The notes beneath the pieces are model-generated. The model saw nothing but the letters and a program-made list of their open reading frames with translations, was not told the origin of the DNA and searched no databases. Below, in pieces: positions 20,490-26,356 of a stretch of DNA of 26,356 nucleotides; positions within the stretch are counted from its first letter, which is position 1; each line of letters begins with the position of its first letter. The DNA is from Oopsacas minuta. Lineage: Eukaryota > Animalia > Porifera. The stretch is from NCBI GenBank assembly GCA_024704765.1, contig JAKMXF010000095.1, forward strand, positions 9,864 to 36,219, read 5' to 3'. Made by a program: the position numbers and the translations under genes.

Positions 20490-21350
20490 TTGTAAATCGA
20501 CAATTTTGTTTGAGAATAAGTACTTACTTCTGACCAAAGATCAGATGAGAATATATATTCCTTGGGTAGCCATCTTGCGAGACCAGGTTTCATGTGTGGA
20601 TATAGAGGCATTTAAAGCTGCCTATACCTAAATGCATTAAGGCTAGAATATGCGGAATAGAAATTTTCCCCTGATTGTCCCAAACCCCTGGCCCAGAAAA
20701 TACTCATCTTCTGTTGATGAGGATTTTGAAGATGAAGATCCTATCAAGTGCAATAATATTATTACAAATACAGTTGATGACCAAATAGTCCCGTTATCTG
20801 ATAAATCTGAAGAATTTCCTATGACACCAGAGTTGAAAGTCAATGGCGAATCTCATCTTGAGATGGTGTATGGGATAGTATTCATATTATAGATTTACAA
20901 GGTAGAGAAAGGTTAAATATAGAATGGACAGCTGTGTTCAGCAATAAAATATCTGAAATATAACCAGAATGTGTTTGTAAGATAACAATTATTGGTATAA
21001 AAAGTCTTCCAGTCGAAAAAATGAATTCGCCCCTGCTTTCGAGCAGCTGATGAATGCAAGTTGTAAAATTGTTACAAATTTGAGTTTTGTATTGACTTGT
21101 AATTACGAATACAATCAAATACAATACTTAGTAAGTGGTTCACTCTCCTCGCAACATTCTGATGGAGAGACTGTACATGCATGTCATATATCTGTTAGTT
21201 TGATACGAAGCAATTGATCAAATCCATGTTATTCTCTGCAAGTTTTAGATTATCTGCTGACATTGTTATGCCAATTCTAGATCTTTGGAATGGAATTATA
21301 CTGTCTAAGAGCAATGAAACCTGTGTAAGGCAAGTAATGCAAGTGCAGAA
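20490..21350 (+). pseudogene. Unidentified decayed coding segment
   Basis: Long low-stop stretches in shifting frames (FENKYLLLTKDQMRIYIPWVAILRDQ..; RNFPLIVPNPWPRKYSSSVDEDFEDEDP..; IDLQGRERLNIEWTAVF..; AFEQLMNASCKIVTNLSFVL..). No family recognised. Confidence 0.3.
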
Positions 21351-21734
21351 GATTAGTTTAGAATAGTCAAACATACAATTTTAGAAACAAATGTAAACCT
21401 AAGAGCTGACGATGTTATAAGTACAACGTATCAATATGTGAATGACAGAATTGATGCAATAAATTTTGTATTTCATCCTTTGGCTATCAACATATTTAAA
21501 AGTAGGAAAATGCAAGTAGAAATACAAAATGAGGAAGGATCCAAAGAAAATGGTTGTCTCAGAAGTATATACCAACAGAGTTACAGCAATCCTAACCTAA
21601 TTAGAGCAAATAAAGTTTTGAAGCAATAAATATAAATAAAACGGGAGGAAAAATTTCTGATTTTGTATCACACAAAAGGAATATTGACAAAGATTCTGTA
21701 AGAAACACGAGTCCAGGTGTTGTCCTCTCAGTTG

Positions 21735-24700
21735 ATAATAATAATAATACATCATTTAAGGACGCTTTCTACAAATTGTCTCGCGTTTAGAGTTCAGATT
21801 AAGTGTGTCACACCAAAAGTACAAAAACAGTACAAGAAAAATTATGTGAAAGTTACTTTTTGTAAGTCTTAGCGAATAAATGGGTTTCTTAGTATTTTTT
21901 GAAGGTGTCAATGGAAGTAGAGTTTCTGACATGAACCGGAAGAGAATTCCAATGCCATGGGGCTGTTATGGAAAAGGACTGATCCCCATAGTCCCTTAAT
22001 CTTGATCTAGACTGCTTAAGTTGATTAGAATTAGATGATCTGAGATTATAAGGATTTCACACAGGTGAATTATGTCACATAAATATCCTCGACAATAGCC
22101 ATAATAACTTTATAGGTAACCAAGAGTATCTTAAATTCAATCCTTGGATTAATAGGTAACTAATGAAGGCTCTCTAACGCTGATGTAATATGTTCAAATT
22201 TCTTAGTACTGAAACTAAGCTGGCCGCAGAGTTTTGACTTGTAGTCTATTTAATATTTTATTAGGTAGACCAAAAGATAAGGAATTAGAGTAGTCTGCTA
22301 TAAACACATGAACCATTTTCTGCTTTGAGTTTTTTGTCAAAATATTCAGCAATGCATCCAATCCTACTTAGAGATAAAGCAGTTGAACTACAAACCGTGC
22401 TCATATGCTGCTTCATTGATAGAGTATTCTAACCCAAATAACACTCAAGATGCGTAAACTATTTACAGGCTGCAAAATTGTAGAGCCAAACTCAAAACAA
22501 TTAGATGTAGGTGTAGGCTTAAATCTGAAAAAAATATAAGAAATTAGACTTAGTTGAATTACCAATTAACTTATTAGCAGTGAACCAACTACACACATCA
22601 TCTAAACAATCCTCAAGAGAGTGTAAAATTTTTTCACGGTTTGATGGCTGTATAGAAATGTAATCTGAGTATCATCAGTATAAATGATTCCAGTTGATCT
22701 GTACGCTCTAATAATGTCTTCTACTGGAGAGATGTATAGATTAAAAAGTAATGGACCAAGTGCAGATCCTTAAGGACCCCCAAACTTCGTAATGATAGAA
22801 CCTGAGCATGTTCCGTTGATACCAACCATCAGTTCCCTACTAGTCAGGTAAGACTAAACCCAATTCTGGACTTTTTCAGACAATCTCAATCTTAACTTTA
22901 AGTGTTCAATAAGAATAGCGCGATCAACCGTATCAAAAGCTTTGGATTGGTCCAGGCGAACTAATGCAACTTCCTCACCGGGATCAAGTGAACAACTATA
23001 TCAAAGCAGTTTCGGGGGAATCAAATTTGCGATAAGCAAATTGCAACCTAGGGTACAGAAAATTATCAGTTAAATATATGTCTAATTGATCATAAACAAC
23101 TCTTTCAATAATTTTTATAAGGATGGTAAAGTGGCAATCGGTCTATAATTAGATAACTCATTTACTTCAAGGGAAGAATGTTTAATCAAAGTTGTAATCG
23201 ATGATTGTTTTAGGAGTTTCGGTAAACAGCTGTCTGTAGAGAGGTATTTACAATATGGAGAAGAGGAATTAACAGTGTCAAGACATGATTTAAGGACAGA
23301 AGTAGGCATCGGATCAGAACCGCATGAATTGATTGACGCCTTTTTGATCAATTGATATAAGTCATTCGATATTACTTCCATAAATGCAGTGAAATAATAA
23401 CTACAATTGACAATATCAGTATGTACTACATCATTGCTTGTCCTCCCCAAACTATCACTTCTGAGTGCACCAATTTTGGAAACAAAAAAGTCAGAGAATA
23501 AATCAGCAAGTGATACGTTAGACTGAGCTTCTGGCAGAATATGTGCTTTATCAGCCGTTAAGCTGCGAATCAATCGAAAAAGCTTCTTATTATTGTCACA
23601 GCTCTGTGGCAATCATAAGAAGCTTTTGTTTGTATAAATTCCCAATAGTTCTTTTTATAAACACGACATTTGGTTCTGAATAACACTAAATTTTCACAGT
23701 TCGCCCTTTATATAGTTTCTTTCAATTCACAGCAGTTCACGCTTAATATCTCAAAGATCACTTGTATACCAATGAGAAAAAAGTCGGCTTGTCACAAATT
23801 TATGAGTTAGTAGGGCGTGAATATCCAGAACAGCACGTAGGTTAGATTTATAGTCATTGACTAAAATAGTCAACATGATCATCAATAGAAGATTCAGAAC
23901 AATAAAACTTTAGCTTCAAATCATCTATAAATTCATCAATTTTGATTGACTTGATCTTCCTCGTGGATATTTTAATCTTAGGCAAACGAGGAGAAACAAA
24001 GTTTAGAAATAACATAAGAGTGATCCATAAATGTGTCAGAGAAGGTTTGTGTTGAAACAATCTAATCAGAGTCCATCTACCTTGTAGTAACTAAATCCAG
24101 GGTATGACCACACCGATGAGTTGGACCATAAACATGTTGTAAGTTAAACTTGGTCAATATTTCATTGAAGAGTATAGTTTGTGGATTAGATGGAACATCT
24201 ACCGGAATATTTAAATCACTATCAAAAATTAGCTTATTGTTGGAAGAAAATAGCCATTCAATTAAATCAGAGAACTCGGAAATAAATTGAGCTAATGTCA
24301 ACCATTTTTACAGAAGGTGGCGCACGGTAAATTGAGATAAGTCTGAAAGGCACTTTGCGCCGTTGACATAGTCAAATCAAAGTGCTCAAATGAAGTATAT
24401 TTTGATATTTATTCATAATTAATCTCAATCTAGGGTTAGGAATGACTGCAATAGCACACCACGAGCAGGACATGAAATGGTTATGTTGTGAAGAGGTAGA
24501 AGGTCACTGAAGATAGAAAGTGAATGATCATTATCATGCTTCAGACAAGTTTCACAGATAACTAAGACATCTAACTGATTCGAGGTAACCATTTCAGCCA
24601 CAGACGTTATCTTGTTCTTAACTGGGCATGCGTTCCATATACCAAATTTACTGTCATGCTGCCGATGAGGACGAGATACAAATGATAAATTAAAGAAATT

Positions 24701-25050
24701 ACTGTATATGTGACAAGAAAACTTCATATCCAGAGCACAAGGGTATTCGTCCCGTTTAAAATACTGATATTTCGGTCTTCTTGATTTGTGAATAGGACCG
24801 ATACATCATATATTCCGTATATTATTTCTGCGCTCTCTAACCTTAAAACCAGAGGGACACCCTCTTCGTTTAAGAGGTTAAAGGCGACCATGTACACCAC
24901 AGGAATCTTGATTTAATAAAGAAAAGTAAGAGATAACTTCAGAGCGTAAAAAAAGGAGAAAATGTCAAGAAGACAAAGCCAACAAATAGTACAAAGAGCA
25001 GCCATTCAAAGGCGCTTAACACAATAATATAAAATAAATTTAATCTAATT
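21735..25050 (-). mobile_element. L2/CR1-clade LINE (APE endonuclease plus reverse transcriptase), heavily decayed
   Basis: N-terminal KRRGCPSGFKVRERR. Endonuclease motifs FGIWNACPVKNK, DVLVICET and HVYGPTHRCGHTLDLV. RT motifs NYRPIATLP, LDQSKAFDTVD, GP*GSALGPLLF and YTDDTQ (22671-22682). C-terminal EHITSALESLH*LP..RI*FKILLVTYK. The 3' end has an (ATT)n tail at 21735-21749. Confidence 0.92.
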
Positions 25051-25210
25051 TATCTGTAGTTTGTTTATGAAGACTTGTGTAAATTTTAGTCAGACTGGTA
25101 AGTTTGATATTTGTAACACGTTACTTGATGTCAGGGTAAGTCTAAGAATAAATAATATCAATAGTCAAATGAACTGGCCATTGATCTATTATATACCAAG
25201 TGCTACATAG

Positions 25211-25642
25211 TATATTCCTGGAGATGGGAACTGCCTATTTTCTTACTTAGCATATTCTGTGTTCGGACATAATTGTCATATGATACGTAAATGTTGTAGA
25301 CAGTATGTCAAGTTCGCTAAAAGAAAATGTGGACAATTTATTACTAACAAATGCCCGAATACTTATAGGAAAACAATAGGTTATATAAATAAACAAACAT
25401 GAAAGGCAACGGAGGATGGGATGGAAATTGGGAAATAGTTACAGCAGCGCTTTTATTTAAGACTGATATATGGGTGTATATGAAAGAACCTGTAAATAGT
25501 TGGGATATATTCTCCTGCAAAGGTTCTTCATTTGATGATGTATTGAACTCGCCTCCCTCATATGCGAATGGATCAATATATTGTACTAAAAGGTAATTAC
25601 TATGAACCTGTTTTAGAAACTTTAGACAAGGTTTTAGTATAG
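25211..25642 (+). pseudogene. OTU-domain cysteine protease (deubiquitinase-like), decayed
   Basis: IPGDGNCLFSYLAYSVFG...HMIR (Cys codon 25232-25234) / MKGNGGWDGNWEIVTAALLFKTDIWVY / IY...NYYEPV. The last motif corresponds to HYxxV with the catalytic His read as Tyr. Two frameshifts. Confidence 0.82.
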
Positions 25643-26261
25643 ATACAACAATAGATAACAGTCCATGCTTAATGATAGAAATTCTAATTATCAGATTATA
25701 TGTTTAAAATCTCACTTAACATAGAAGTACTAAAACTAACAGCACCAAAAGTGGTTTAACGTATAACACGCCTGCTATATGAACCGTCTACTGTATTCGA
25801 GTTTGATATAACTGGAGTTGGTTGTGTTCTATTATACGTATATTTGAAATCTTTGAGGGGGTAGTGAGATTAGATACACTTGTTGTCTCACTTCTAGGGT
25901 ACAACAAACGGCCCACCTGTTGAATCTCTATTAAAACTTGGTTTATTCGAGGCCCTAAACTACATAAATATATTGATTAAAATATATTCAGGCAGATTCC
26001 TGCTGTCCTACCACTGGTTTATGTATTTCTATATCTGATTCCACATATAGCTGAGCCATAATATAATTTCCGAAGTAATACAAAAAGCTCATGTCCTCAA
26101 TCGAAATGGTGACTTAAATTAATGCGAAAAAATGACCTTACCTCGATGATAGAAAAGCTAATACAAAAACTATACATAGCACAGCTGAGCAATATATAAG
26201 TTATTTGTGACCCTTGCTGTTGTTTTTATATTTACCTCCATTAGCTTATTCATTATGCATA

Positions 26262-26356
26262 CAGTCAAGGGACAAAAGTATTCGACCACACAAATATATT
26301 GTCATAAATTGTATACTCTTTCCCGCTCCTATATATTGTGTAGTCTATATTCGTAG
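26262..26356. mobile_element. Tc1-like element, left terminus running off the window
   Basis: TA|CAGTCAAGGGACAAAAGTATTCGACCACAC...; 95/95 identical in inverted orientation to 11603-11697. Confidence 0.85.

Noticed and set aside
20870-21020. NACHT/NLR Walker-B-like reading of GIVFIL-D...
   Set aside because: No DGLDE, no Walker A and no consistent frame.

Overview
AT-rich eukaryotic (metazoan) genomic DNA with short GT-AG introns. It is scaffolded from four pieces joined by single Ns at 2467, 11571 and 14330. Most of the window is decayed transposons from many superfamilies: hAT, an intron-containing Ginger/Gypsy-like integrase, maT, mariner and Tc1 (Tc1/mariner), Harbinger (Myb gene only), two different P-element/THAP9-like transposases, a Transib (RAG1-core-like) transposase with a CACAGTG terminus, an L2/CR1 LINE, several MITEs and a decayed OTU protease domain. 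The only clearly intact host coding sequence is a TspanC8-type tetraspanin on the minus strand. Its main exon (9925-10550) lacks TM4, and a phase-compatible TM4/C-terminal exon sits on the wrong (upstream) side at 15878-16031. That points to a tandem paralogue, a collapsed or mis-ordered assembly, or scrambled-order splicing. No prokaryotic features, RNA genes or CRISPR arrays were seen. All family assignments come from manual translation and motif recognition; no database searches were run.
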